From NCBI GenBank assembly GCA_030264375.1, contig JASCQW010000132.1, positions 67,393,552 through 67,457,551 of the forward strand: DNA of 64,000 nt, written 5' to 3'. The notes under the pieces were generated by a model. It was not told the DNA's origin. It worked only from the letters and a program-made list of their open reading frames with translations, and made no database searches. Within the stretch, counting starts at the first letter, position 1; every line of letters starts with the position of its first letter. Both the position numbers and the translations under genes were made by a program. This stretch comes from Carcharhinus longimanus. Taxonomy: Eukaryota. Shown here piece by piece: positions 33,986-46,373 of the stretch.

Positions 33986-35309
33986 ACAGCAATATACAAG
34001 ACTCTAAAGGACATAGGCAAGAAAAGTGTTTATGTTCAACATAGTGCTATACTCGACAAGAGTACCTAATCTGAAATCTGGAAGAGGAAAGGTAAAATAC
34101 TGTTTGAATGTAATTCATTTATACAGAAAGTGAACTGCCAAGGGGATCAGTGAGGATTGATTGTTTCAACAACTTTGATCGAAAATTGAAGATGTACCTG
34201 GAGAAAAATGCACTGAAGAGTTATGAGATGCATCTCCTGGACACTGAAACCACAACAGTCTTTTCTGATTGCATAGGTCTGTCCTAACTTTCTTAAATCA
34301 GCGTGAGATCATGTATCTAAGATGCCTTACACTACTTTGGCTCTGCATTGGTTGCATCGAGCTTGCCTTCCCACACTACACAGTGATATACAGCTAGAAG
34401 TATACATATGACGCATACATCTCAGACCCAAATTATTTCCAGAAATACAAATCTTTTAATGTGTGCTCACAAATAATTCATTGTACATTTTTAAAAATGT
34501 TCAAAAGATTTCATTTATGCATACTACCAGATGTACTGCAGGTCAATTATACATCATACTGGGAAACCCATTCTCACTGCAATCACCAGCCCTAAGGTCA
34601 GTGGTAAGATAATAGCAGCTTTCACACTGGATATTGTCTGTGAATATATTACAGGAATCCAACTAAATGTGAGAATGTGTTGTTAACTTCACCTTATTTG
34701 CCGGTTGGTTACCACAGTGGGTTTGTAGGAGGTCACTGCATGTAGTTAGATCAAAGCAATGAGATCCCTGTGGGAGTCAGCACATTATTTATTTGACAGC
34801 AGCACAATACTCACTAATTGATGAGCTGAGACCTTTTTTACCAATGTAACCACAAAAAGCATAGCGTTTTGTAGCCATTATGTTATAAATAGGTCAGGAA
34901 AGGTTATGTTTAGCAGCAATAACACAGCACAAAATTCATTCCAGTTATTTTCAAAAGGCCTGCTCCTTCAGTTTTCTGAAATTGATTAATAGCTGTTGTG
35001 TTTGAATGTTGCTTCAAAGTTGCAGGTATTCAAAAACACATTCTTCAGAAATGTTTTCAGCACAACCTTCATGCTGTGGATTTTAACTTCCTGCAAGAAA
35101 CCACAATGATTAATTAATTAGTTTTGAAAGTTATTACATTGCAAATGGGATTGCAAATCTGGTTGGAGGGCTGGCAGTCCTGAAGGTTTCTTCACATTAT
35201 ACCTGGTCATCTGGCATCTGTAAATGTTATTGTATTTACTCAATAAAATTTGGCTCCTTCTAGGTAATTATCTTTACTAGTGAATCTGTGTTACAAATTG
35301 TTATTGAAT

Positions 35310-36060
35310 CATAGAATATAAATTAGGCTCAGGAATAGGTCATTCAGCCCTTCAAGCCCACTCTGCCATTCAGGTAGATCATGGCTGAACTGATTGTAAT
35401 CTCAACAAATAATAGGATGATACCATACAGAAGGAGGCCATGTGTTTCATCATCTCTATGCCAGCCCTTCTGTAGAACTATCCCACTCACCTGCTCTTTC
35501 CTCATAGGCCTTCAAGCAGTTATCAAATCTTCACGTATTTTCAAATTCCCTTTTGAATCTGGTTTCAGCAATCTTTCCAGCAACAGTATACAACACTCAC
35601 TGTGTAAAATAAATATTTCCTCATGTTGCTCATAATTCTTTGACTTCAAATCTGAGTCCTCTTGTTACTGATTCTTCTGCCATTGGAAACAGTTTCACAG
35701 AATCCCTAGAATGCAGAAGGAGGCCATTCGGTCCATCAGGTCTGCACCGACCACAATCCCACTTAGGCCCTATTCCCGTATCCCACATATTTATCCTGCT
35801 AATCCCCCTGAAACTTTGGTCAATTTAGGATGGCCAATCTACCTAATCCACACATCTTTGGACTGTTTCCTTTGATTTACGTTACCAAAACCATTCATGA
35901 TTTTGAAAATCTTGATTAAATCTGCTCTTAACCTTCTCTGCTTTAATGCATACATATCTAGCTTCTCCAGTCTCCCTAGCTAACTGAAGACGCTCATCCC
36001 CAGCACTATGTAAAAAAACTCTTCTGCACCATTTTCAATGCCTTACCATCATTCCTCAAG
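35310..36060 (-). mobile_element. CR1 3' fragments with a nested HE1 SINE 3' part (35695-35865)
   Basis: aggtcattcagcccttcaagccc; gaaggaggccattcggtccatc...cacatctttggactg. Confidence 0.6.
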
Positions 36061-37370
36061 TTATATGATTCCCAAGAGACAGAGGTCATGGGAATCAGGA
36101 AATCAGACCATATTTTGAAAGATTGATATCCACTGACTATTATTTTCTAATTTATCTAGTCTTCCCTTACCACTGTTAACAAGCTTTGTGACACAGCACT
36201 TCACTTTTTCAGTAATGGAAATCTGCCAGCTAATTCTCACTGTTACAATTCCTATTGTCTCTTGCACTCCCTCATACTCTCTGTCTTTTTCACTCTCTCA
36301 ATTATTCTTCATGACTCCCATCATTTTGTTCCATACACTTTATGGACTGATGTCTTCTACCATTGCCTCTGGGGAATGCCAATTTCCTGGGAGCAGATGT
36401 CAAAAAAAAGGACAAGGAACCATTTCAGTGGGTCAGCACCTCTTTCTTACATGATTCCAAGATGTTTTTCCACTATTTTACAGACTTTTCTTTTTGTTCT
36501 CTCCCTTTCCCTCCCTCTGTACTTGCTTAAAACCTGAAGTATCTCAAATTCTTTCCAGTTCTGAAAATAGATCATTGACCTGAAACAATAGGCAATATTA
36601 TAATTGCCAAGATGGTGGGGGTTTGTGTGTAGACAGGAAGTTAAGTCCTTGAAAAATACCAGCATGTCAGAAACTCCAAATGCGCCTGTCTACGTCTGCA
36701 TTTTATTGGGATGTATTCCGTGGCAAGCACACATGTGGATATACTGGGTTAGTCATTTAAGTATTTGAATAATCAATGAATTGAATTTATAACCCTGAAT
36801 CCTAGCTTTAATAGGCATTGAATTGTTTACCAAGCTTGTAGAGGTTGTCAGGGTCTAAAACGTGAGACAATGCTTGTGAACAGTCTGGTTCATCCAGAAA
36901 AATCAATCAAAGGGGGGATTGCCAGTGAAACTGACAGGCTGGAAAGTCTTTAAGCAATAAAACTGCCTAGCTGCTGCAGGGGCAGATTTACAATTAATTG
37001 CACCATACCTAGGCACAGGGCCCAGAGCAATGGGGTCAGGTCGAAAATACAGGCTAGTCCTGGAACACTTCTGGCCATGACTAATATTTAAAAATTGTAT
37101 TAGAATTGCTCATTCAATCACGTGCTTATTGACCTATCAGCAGAAAATACAAGGAAGAATCTGCCTCTGATTGGCTGAGAAGCAAAGAGTGAAAGAGAAG
37201 GAAGGTTACCAAGAAGGAAAATTGTAACAGCTGGATCCCAGCAGTAAGAGGCTCCGAGGATAAGGCTGCAAGCAACATGTATGTGTGAAGGAGCAGTCCC
37301 CAGCAGCAGGTGTGAGACATACATTGAGCTCCTGACCACCAAGACATGGACAACCGCAGACAAGGCAGCA

Positions 37371-37572
37371 GTGTAGATAGTGGAGCCCAGTGTGGAAATG
37401 AAGTGGATGGAGGATCCCAGACAAGGTCGCAGGCAGATTGAGGACCCCAGGGATGGCAGCAGGCAGATTGAGGGCCCCAGGGATGGCAGCAGGCAGATGG
37501 AGGACCCCAGGGATGGCAGCAGGCAAACTGAGGACTCCACGTAAGACAGCAGGCAGATTGAGGATCCCGGGG
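37371..37572. repeat. 30-bp minisatellite (aggcagattgaggaccccagggatggcagc), about 6.5 copies
   Basis: Near-perfect units at 37431, 37461 and 37491; diverged units at 37371, 37401, 37521 and 37551. Confidence 0.9.
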
Positions 37573-38289
37573 TGGTGAGATTAAGGAGTGTGAGGAGATG
37601 GGGGGAATGAGACTTCTCCTTCAGAAGAAAAAGTAAGGGTAGATAAAGTGAGAAGGAATGACTAGAATCTCCCTAAACCCCTATAGGAAGATGGGTATCC
37701 CTGAAGGTATGGATGCCAGGAAATGTGCAGGATCTGACAGCCACCAAACTGGTGACAAGAAAATTATACAGAAACAGCTCAGCTCGCAATAACCCAGATT
37801 TTCCATTATGTGTGTGGGTGAAAACTGAATGATTAAAAATAGTTTTGCATTGACACAGGTGCTATTTGTACTCAAATTTAAAGATCAGTTCACCGTAAGT
37901 TTTGTACAGCTCCTGATGCTAATTTGGACGTTGACGTTAGCTCAAATTTAAAGGGAAAGGGAAAATAAAATTGGCGATAACATTTTTAAAAGTCCTTGCA
38001 AATACTCAAAAGACATCTTAGCACATGAACAGACTTTCCCATTGCTAAAATTGTAAATCATAAGTAACAGACATGGATAAAGAAAATAAAACCCACAATA
38101 AAGGTACGAGTCTAAAGGCAAATGACAGAGCAGCTGAACATCTCACCAACTATGACTGATGGCTGCTGAAATTGAGTAATGCGAAATGAAGTAGTTACAA
38201 GGAACATTACCCTGTCTGTTACAACAAAACACCATCCCTGCTGTGTGAGGGTCTTCAGGCCTCATGAGACTGGAAAACACGCCTTCTCA

Positions 38290-38952
38290 GACAGCCTGAC
38301 CTCTCATGGGAATCCCGCAAAAATACCTTATAGTCCAGTGCTGAACCTGTGGATTTTCCTGCTCCCACCCACTTTTCAGTTGCCACTCTGGAAAGGCAAT
38401 CCCTCAGTGGTTGTATCACTACAAGCCCAGTGAGGAAGAAACAGGTAGCGCTGCGCATACCAGCCACCAGATCACTTTTAATCTCGAGGCTCGCAGACAT
38501 GAAAGGCCAAAAAAGCCTACGAGCAACCCACTCCTGAAAGGAAATACTGGAATCTGCCCCAGCACCATATTGAATTTATCTTGGTCCCCCGCATCCTCCC
38601 TGCCATCCCCTCAGCGACTGACACCCTGGATGGTAATGGTGACCTGAACGCTCACCTCTGATATCCCCTTCAGAGGTGAGGCTATCAGGTTTTTGTTTTT
38701 ATATAGCTGTTTTAAATCATGCTGGCATGACGTAACGCTGGTGACCGATAAATATTCAGTGAGGAGGGCTCAGTAATATTATAATGTTTTCAATTGAGGT
38801 TCCCGGTCTTCCGTGGTGGATTTCACAATTCACCGGTAGCAAGAGGCCTGGAAAATCGGAAATATTGATCTTGCTGCTAAGAATCTCACTGAATTCTCCT
38901 GCCTGAGTTGTCATTTTTGCTGACAGCTAGCATTGGCTCAAAATCACCCCCA
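38290..38952. mobile_element. Old MITE-like element
   Basis: Ends aaaatcaccccc like other Harbinger-type termini in the window; GC-rich interior. Confidence 0.4.
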
Positions 38953-40159
38953 GAGTAAAAGCAAAGATGCTGGCTGCAGTTTTTCAATAATCTTCTATTT
39001 CTTTTTCCCTTTGAGTTAAAGGTCCACCCTAACCTGTCATCAAAATGAGTCATAAACCTCTTATTACTCCAACTATTGGGTTAAAAGCCTGGAAATCACT
39101 TCCTCACAGAATGGACTGCTGTGGCTCAAGGGGGTAGCTCACTACTGCCTTCTCAAGGGTAATTCGGGGATAGGCAACAAATGCTGGCCTTGCCACAAAG
39201 CACATATGAATTTTGTTCCTCTACAACGCATTACAATTTTGCTTCTTCAATTCTAGATAGCAAGAAGTGTATTTTCTACTTACCACTGTATGTACCAAAC
39301 AGCAGAACTTTCATATACCATTTTGTTGGAGTTTTAAAAATACATTTGATAGCGTAATCTACCTTCTACATCTGATTAACTAGTACCAAATAGCAGAAGA
39401 TAAATTCTCTCTGCTAAGCAATTTGCAAAGGCGAAACCTGACACCAGTCAAATGTATGTGGCTTAATACATGCTTCAAATTCAATGTATCAGCTTGGAAC
39501 CTCAGTGTTATGTATATCACATTACTGCATAAAACTAATTTTAAAAGTATACTTCAAAAAGTGGACTCTAGTTTTTCATCATTTTTTTGAAATTCCTATT
39601 TATGTACGACCTGTATCTATATGGAGCTTAAGTGTTTCTATGTGTGTAAATGGAAAAAATGGTTAGCAAAAAATCTTATGTTGATTAAAACAATTTGACA
39701 ACATGTTGAATTCTTCCGATTATTTTTCTCCTGCATTATTTGCAGTTGCTTGGAGACGCCATATAAACTTTGAAGTAAAATCAATGCCATGGCAACAGCA
39801 GTCCACATATTCATGGCAATTGTATCAATAGATGAATAAGGTGCTTTATATCTAGTGATTTAGCAAAGCCCTTTGCACTGTTTAAAGATAGCCTTTTAAT
39901 CTACTTTTGCTTTTTAGATTGTGCTTGGAGAAAAGCCAAATTTTCCCACTGTAATTACAAACAATTAGCTTCTACAGCAGCGGATTACTGGTATATCTTC
40001 AAGGAAAAACAAATAGCAGTTAACAGATACTGAATTATTTGTAAAGGTTTAAAGGTGGAAATTAAGGTATGTTTACATCTGATAGGTGTGCACTTTCTCA
40101 TATTATAAACTTAGCATGAAATGTTTTGGCCGGTACAGTGTCACAAACATGCTATTATT

Positions 40160-41510
40160 CATAGAAACATAGGAAATAGAAGCAGGAGTAGGCCATTCAG
40201 CCCTTCGATCCTGCTCTTTCATTCATTTTGATCATGGCTGATCAAAATCAGATTCAATATCCTGCCCCCCATACCCTTTGATCCCATTAGCACCAAGAAT
40301 TATATCTAGTTTCCTCTTGAAATCACACAATGTTTTGGCCTCAATTACTTTCTATGGTAGTGAATTCCACTCTGTGGGTGAAGAAATTTCTCCTCCTATC
40401 AGTCCTAAAAGGTTTACCCCTTATCCTCAAACTATGACCCCTGGTTCTGGACTCCCCCACCCCATTGGGAACATTGGGCCCGATTCTCCCATCTCAACCT
40501 ACAACTTTTCCGGCGGGTCCAGTTGGGGGAATTGTGTCACCGGCCTTTTTCCAGGATTTGCGCATGTGCCGAGAATGCATGCGCGATTTCCAGAGCCTGA
40601 GAACAGTCACAGTCCAGACCATGCTGGAAACCGGTGGGAAGAGAGGTAAGTGATTTGAATCTTTTTTAATGTAGTTTAAATATATTTTGTATGTGATTAT
40701 CGGGCCCGGCACAGGCCGAATACCATCTCTCACCCTGCCCAGGAGTACTTATTCTGGTAGGATTTAGAGTGGCTCCCCACATTTGGGGAAGTAGTGGGAG
40801 ACCCCACTGGAGTGAAGGGGGCCAACCGGGGAGTCAGGCAGCAGGGGGTGGTGCCCCATCAGCATAGGCAGCCTGGCAGAGAAAGCTGGTACCTCCTGGC
40901 ACTGTTCAAGGGGCAAAGTGCCCATGCCCAGGGAGCATCTTGGCACTGTCCACCTGGCAACAGGCAAAACCCTGACAAAGGATCATCTGGACTTGAAACA
41001 TCAACTCTTTTCTTTCCTTACAGATGCTGTCAGACCTGAGGAGATTTTCCAGCATTTTCCCTTTTGGTCTCAGATTCCAGCATCTGCAGTATTTTGCTTC
41101 TACCTTGCATTAAGTTGATCTTTCTCTGCACCCTAGCTATGACTGTAACAGTATATTCCGCGTGCTCTTGCTTCCTTCTCTATGAATGACATGCTTTGCC
41201 TGTGTAATGTGCAAGAAACAATACTTTTCACTGTATACTAATACATGTGACAATAATAAATCAAATCAATCCTTCTTCAGATAAGAACACCAAAACTGCA
41301 GGTTTTCTGTGCCTTCACCAACGCCCTGTACAATTGCAGCAAAACATCCCTATCCCTATATTTAAATCCATTTGATATGACGGCCAAATATCATTTGCCA
41401 TCTTTACTGCCTGCTGTACCTGCACGCTTACTTACAGTAACAGATGCACGAGGACTCCAAGGTGTTGTTGAGTATCCACCTCTCACAATTTACACCCTTT
41501 CAAGCAATAA
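40160..41510 (-). mobile_element. CR1 3' fragment with nested MITE (~40476-40970), Penelope repeat (40972-41102) and Rex1 tail (41105-41270)
   Basis: atagaaacataggaaatagaagcaggagtaggcc tail; gggcccgattctccc MITE end; ctgacaaagg..gacttgaaac; caataataaatcaaatcaa; CR1 resumes at ~41271. Confidence 0.75.
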
Positions 41511-42424
41511 CCTGTTCCCATAGCAAGGCTTTTCCTGGAACAAGTCAGCTAGCCTGCACCAGAGGCTCATGTCTTAAGGGGCATGACTCCACATCAAGCA
41601 TGGCTGACCAGGAATCTCTCCCACTCTTACCACCTCCCATTAGTGTGTTGGAAAGATTTTGAAGATTGATAAATCAACCTGTTGACCACATGATGAATTC
41701 ACCTTCCTTGAGCATCAAGTCCTGGGGTAGGACGTGAGCCCAGAGCTCTGGCTCAGAGGCAGTCTGTGCCACAAGACCTCCTGTTCTCATGTGCCTAGNN
41801 NNNNNNNNNNNNNNNNNNNNNNNNNNNNNNNNNNNNNNNNNNNNNNNNNNNNNNNNNNNNNNNNNNNNNNNNNNNNNNNNNNNNNNNNNNNNNNNNNNNN
41901 NNNNNNNNNNNNNNNNNNNNNNNNNNNNNNNNNNNNNNNNNNNNNNNNNNNNNNNNNNNNNNNNNNNNNNNNNNNNNNNNNNNNNNNNNNNNNNNNNNNN
42001 NNNNNNNNNNNNNNNNNNNNNNNNNNNNNNNNNNNNNNNNNNNNNNNNNNNNNNNGAAAGGCTTTTGAGACATAGCACCAAGCTAGTGCTCAAGTAAAGA
42101 GCTAGTAAACCCACTGATTCCTCTTGTTAGGATTGCAGCCTGTCAGTTACATGACTGGGGCAGCATCAGGTTAGCTCAGTTGGGAAAGGTGAGTGACCAG
42201 GGTGTGGGCCGGATTGATAAACTAAACAAAGAAACCATCATAAGAATTGGGCCAGGGAAAAATGTGATTATAACAAGTTTCTTTGGGAACAATAACTTGA
42301 ATAAAAAGCGATATTTTTACTCCATGACGTGTTCACACCACAGACTGTCTTCATGGGCAGAGCTTTAGAAAAGTGCACAAAATGGGCTACAACAGCGCTC
42401 AGCCAAAGTATTAGAGAAGAATAA

Positions 42425-42640
42425 ATGTCAAAGAGATAGTGTCAGAATATCCATCAAATTCCCCAATTTGAATTGGGATGTAACTGTCCTGCTGCATGAC
42501 TTTAATATGTTTCAACAGTGTACAGAGTCCTGGTTTCTTGATTCTGGTGTGTCTGAAGCAGACAAGGAAGAATGAAGGACTGCATGGGCTGAACATGTCA
42601 GAATTAACAGAAGTACCAAAGAATCCTCAAAAGACACTGG
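42425..42640 (+). mobile_element. Ty3/Gypsy gag N-terminal fragment, with possible LTR remnant upstream (~42125-42360)
   Basis: KFPNLNWDVTVLLHDFNMFQQCTESWFLDSGVSEADK(fs)NEGLHGLNMSELTEVPKNPQK resembles aquatic Gypsy gag P.M.W.......F..FKQ...L.F......G.EGL..LN.S.L. Confidence 0.5.
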
Positions 42641-42654
42641 GGGGGGAGGGCCGT

Positions 42655-43250
42655 GGGGGAGCAATTCTCTGGCCCCGTTAGCTCCAGTGCAAATCCCCCC
42701 AAGCTGATGAATTTGGCAAGAGGCCTGTGATGGAACTTGTGGCAGTTTCTGATTCTACTGGCCTATTCCTTCTGGCCTGATCATGCTCTCACTCAGAAAG
42801 GGCAAGAACTTGATCCAAACTCATTTACATTTATTTTAATTTCATGGTGAGATCAAAGTTAAATGCAGCTTTATGGTTCCCCCGCCCCACAGATCCCTAT
42901 AACTGAGGGCCCAGCGCCAAAGACTTCAAGATGGAGCAAGGAGGTGAGTTTCGTTTTCCGCTGACCTCCAGGATACCCAAGAGAAAAGCATCCACTACCA
43001 GGGTGCAGAGACAGGGTGCCTTGATTGGCTGCTGCTGGATCTTTCAAAGGAGGGATTACGACTGTTTATTAAAACAGCACTTCACCATCCGTTAACATTG
43101 AAATGTTTCCTCAAAAATGCAGCTGCTCAGTCTGACCTCATTTTTAAAGATTTTTTTCAACTCGGAAGTGCTTCCTAGAAAGTGCAGGTGTACAGTCTGA
43201 GTTCATTTTTTAAAAGGGATTTTTCTTCTACCTCTTATACCTGAACGTCT
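42655..43250. mobile_element. Old GC-rich MITE-like element
   Basis: Starts gggggagcaattctc, similar to other gggcg(c)gattctc termini. Confidence 0.4.
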
Positions 43251-43319
43251 TATGCCTTTACTGGTGGCTGGTTTGAACTGATACAAGCAACTGACACCAT
43301 TCAGATGTTAAAATGCAAG

Positions 43320-43547
43320 AACAAGAGTAAGAAAATGCTGGAAAATCTCAGCAGGTCAGACAGCATATGTGGAGAGAGAATAGGTATAGAGAATAGAGCC
43401 AACATTTCAAGTCTGGATGGGTCATCTGAGAGGGACATCCAGACTCGAAGCATCTCTCTCCACAGATGCTGTCAGACACTACAGAGATTTTCTAGCATTT
43501 CCTGACTTTGTTTCAGATTCCAGCATCTGCAGTATTTTGCTTTTATA
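43320..43547. mobile_element. Inverted (head-to-head) Penelope-derived short element
   Basis: aaaatgctggaaaatctcagcaggtcagacagcat...atgctgtcagac...gattttctagcatttc; 12-bp TSD ttaaaatgcaag at 43308-43319 and 43548-43559. Confidence 0.85.
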
Positions 43548-44221
43548 TTAAAATGCAAGGATCCCTCAATGAAGATCTTCTCACAGTAGCTGTTGAATTC
43601 TCCTGACAGATGTGATGGGGGCTTGGAGACCATTGTAGCCCTTGGGTGGTCAGAGACATGGATGGACAATGCTCTGGCACTGCCCCCTGGCACTAGCAAC
43701 CTTGCACTGACAAGGGGGAGGGGTAGGCCTGAAGGGGCTGAAGCCTTTAGTGATCCCATAGTAGGTGTTGCTCACTTGGTGGGGAGTGGGGGTTGGTATT
43801 GATGATTGGAGGGACTGATGCCAGCAATTGGAGCTCGGGTCTTTGACAGTGAGAGGGGAGGGGGCTGAGTAGCATTATTCTGAAATCAGGGCACCTTTTA
43901 AAAACAGTGGCCTGACCGCTGAGGAACTGTCCTTGCTGGCATCCTTGGATCCCACACATTATTCTGGACACAAATCACCCCAAGCTCCAAATAAATGAAT
44001 AATCAACATGCTCACGTGTGTATGGGTATATGGAATTTCCACAACTTTCCTTTCAGCTCATTTTAAATTATTTTCCTTTATCTTCAAAAATGAACTGCTC
44101 CTTCCTGATCTATAGTCATTTGAGCTGCAAATCTGTACATAGATCACAAAGTAGCCCCACATGAGCCCCTTAAAGCCCATCTATCATCTATAAGGCACAT
44201 TAAAAAAGGGAGATAGAATAT

Positions 44222-44650
44222 TCCATTTCCCTGGATGAGTGTAGCTCTGAAAATACTCAAGCTGGAAAACATCCAAAACAAAGCAGTTTGCTTGATTGGC
44301 ACTCCATTCACTACCTTAAACAGTCACTCCCTCTCTCACCCGCACACAGTAGCAACTTTGTGTATCATCTAGAACTTGTACCCCGGCAACTCACTAAAAC
44401 TCTTTCGATAGCATCATGTTGAAGAACAAGGATAGCAGGTGCATGGCTACAACACCACCAACAAGTTTCTTTCCAAGTCACACACTATTCTGACTTGGAA
44501 CTTTATTATCATTCCTTCATTGTTGCTAGATCAAAATCACTGCATTCCTTCCCTCGTAACACCATGGTGTACCTTCACCAGATGAATCTTAACACCTCCA
44601 TCTCTTGGAGATGGACATTATAAGTTGGCCTTGCCAGTGACACTTCTTTT
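44222..44650 (+). mobile_element. LINE 3' end (CR1/L2-group)
   Basis: ctggatgagtgtagctc...catccaaaacaaagcagtttgcttgattggc...tgacttggaac...ggccttgccagtgac. Confidence 0.7.
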
Positions 44651-44899
44651 TTTAAGAATCTCACCTCTCAGCTGCTTGCTTTATCCTTACAGTCACCATA
44701 AATCGTAACTTCAGCAAACATGGTTATATGTGAAAAGAGGTCTGAAAGACTCAAATAGGAGGTCTTGGCCAGTAACTGGAGCCTTTCCCCAGAGTTGAAA
44801 ACTATCTCACATTTGCAGCAATGCATGATTAACGTTTCTAAGATCATCCCAAAGCTGCATCTGTGGTTATGGTTCTGTGAATAAGCTGTTTGTGGGTGA

Positions 44900-46330
44900 G
44901 AGAAAAAAACACCAAAAAAACCCAACAAAGAGCTCATGACAGAAAGGAGGGTCGTGAGAACTACTGTCAAAACAAAATGAGCTGACAAGAGTTAAGAAGA
45001 AGTATGAAAAGACGAGATGTAAATGCAAAGTGAAATAGGAAAAGGTGTATTAAACCATTGACAGGTCCAATCAAAATAAGCAAGGGAAGATTATTTTTGT
45101 GGCCAAGGAAATGGCAATGTTGATTACTAAATACTTTGCTTTGGTGTTTGGACTGAATTGAAGAAGGAAAATTTAGAGATTGATAAGAAAATAACAGAAA
45201 TCTAACTATGTTTCATTTCCCCAAATTCATTAGAGACTGAGCTATCTTTAAAAGACTGGAGGGTTTCACATGCTGTGCTATTGTGCAAATAAAGGGGAAT
45301 GAGATAAACAAAGCAACTGCAGAATATTTAGCTTCACATCAGTAATATGAAAATTGCCAGATCCATAAATAGGCATAAATGAACAGGGATGAATGATTTA
45401 AAAGGACATGTTATTTATTTGTCACACGTAGGCTTACATTGCTATGAAGTTATTGTAAAAATTCCCTAGTCGTCTCAATCCGGTGCCTGTTCAGATACAC
45501 TGAGGAAGAATTTAGCATGGCCAATGTATCTAACCAACATGCCTTTCAGACTGTGGGAGGAAACCAGAGCACCCAGAGGAAACCAAGCAGACAAGCGGAG
45601 AATGTGTAGACTCCGCACAGTGACCCAAGCCAAGAATCAAACCTGTGTGCCTGGTGCTGTGAGGCAGCAGTGCTAACCACTGTGCCACCGTGTTGCCCCA
45701 TGTCTGTCACATGGACTGATCAGAGGTAACATGGATTTTGAAGGGCATTTCAGGCTATGCATTTCTAATAGAATTTGAAGCATAAAATGAGGAGAAAAGA
45801 TTGGAGGCTGCAGGACAGGGGAAGAAAAAATAATGCAGTAGATGTTGTATGTACACCTTCCGGGTAAACATCTGATAAAATGCCACAAATGAAAGTAATT
45901 GTGAGAATCGGGAGCTGTGATTTAAACTGGAAGATTGCAGCATGGATAGAGATGTGCTGAAAGACAAATAATGGGTTTATTTCTGGCTGCTGGGTAGTAT
46001 TTAGTAGAATGCAACTGGGATTTGTGTTAGGCCTAATATAGACATTAACACATATAAAGCTATCATAACCTAGATAGAAAGAATTCTATCAAGCTTTGAG
46101 GAATAGGAAGCTTCAAGAAAAATCAAATGACTACAGCACAGCATGACTGGACTTGAAATCATATAAAGGCCTTTTTAAAGAAAATGTGTGGCAGTATACT
46201 TCAATCAAAAAGATGAAGAGAAATATATCTTACATGGTAAATTTTCCCATGCAGTGCAGCAGCTAAAATAAACAAAATGTGTATAAATGAAAAAAGATTA
46301 AGTCAAATAGGGTTCTCCTTATGACAAGAA
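44900..46330 (+). mobile_element. Highly decayed CR1 ORF2 fragments
   Basis: EMAMLITKYFALVF; KDWRVSHAVLL; RIGSCDLNWK..G..VLG remnants. Confidence 0.5.
45410..45700 (-). mobile_element. HE1-type SINE
   Basis: Reverse complement: ggggcaacacggtggcacagtggttagcactgctgcctcacagcacc...gtgacaaataaataa. Confidence 0.85.
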
Positions 46331-46373
46331 GAATTGAATGCAAAAGCAAGGAAGCGTCAGCAAGAACAAACAT

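Noticed and set aside
37371-37572. CRISPR-like array
   Set aside because: Contiguous tandem units without unique spacers, in a eukaryotic context with no cas genes.
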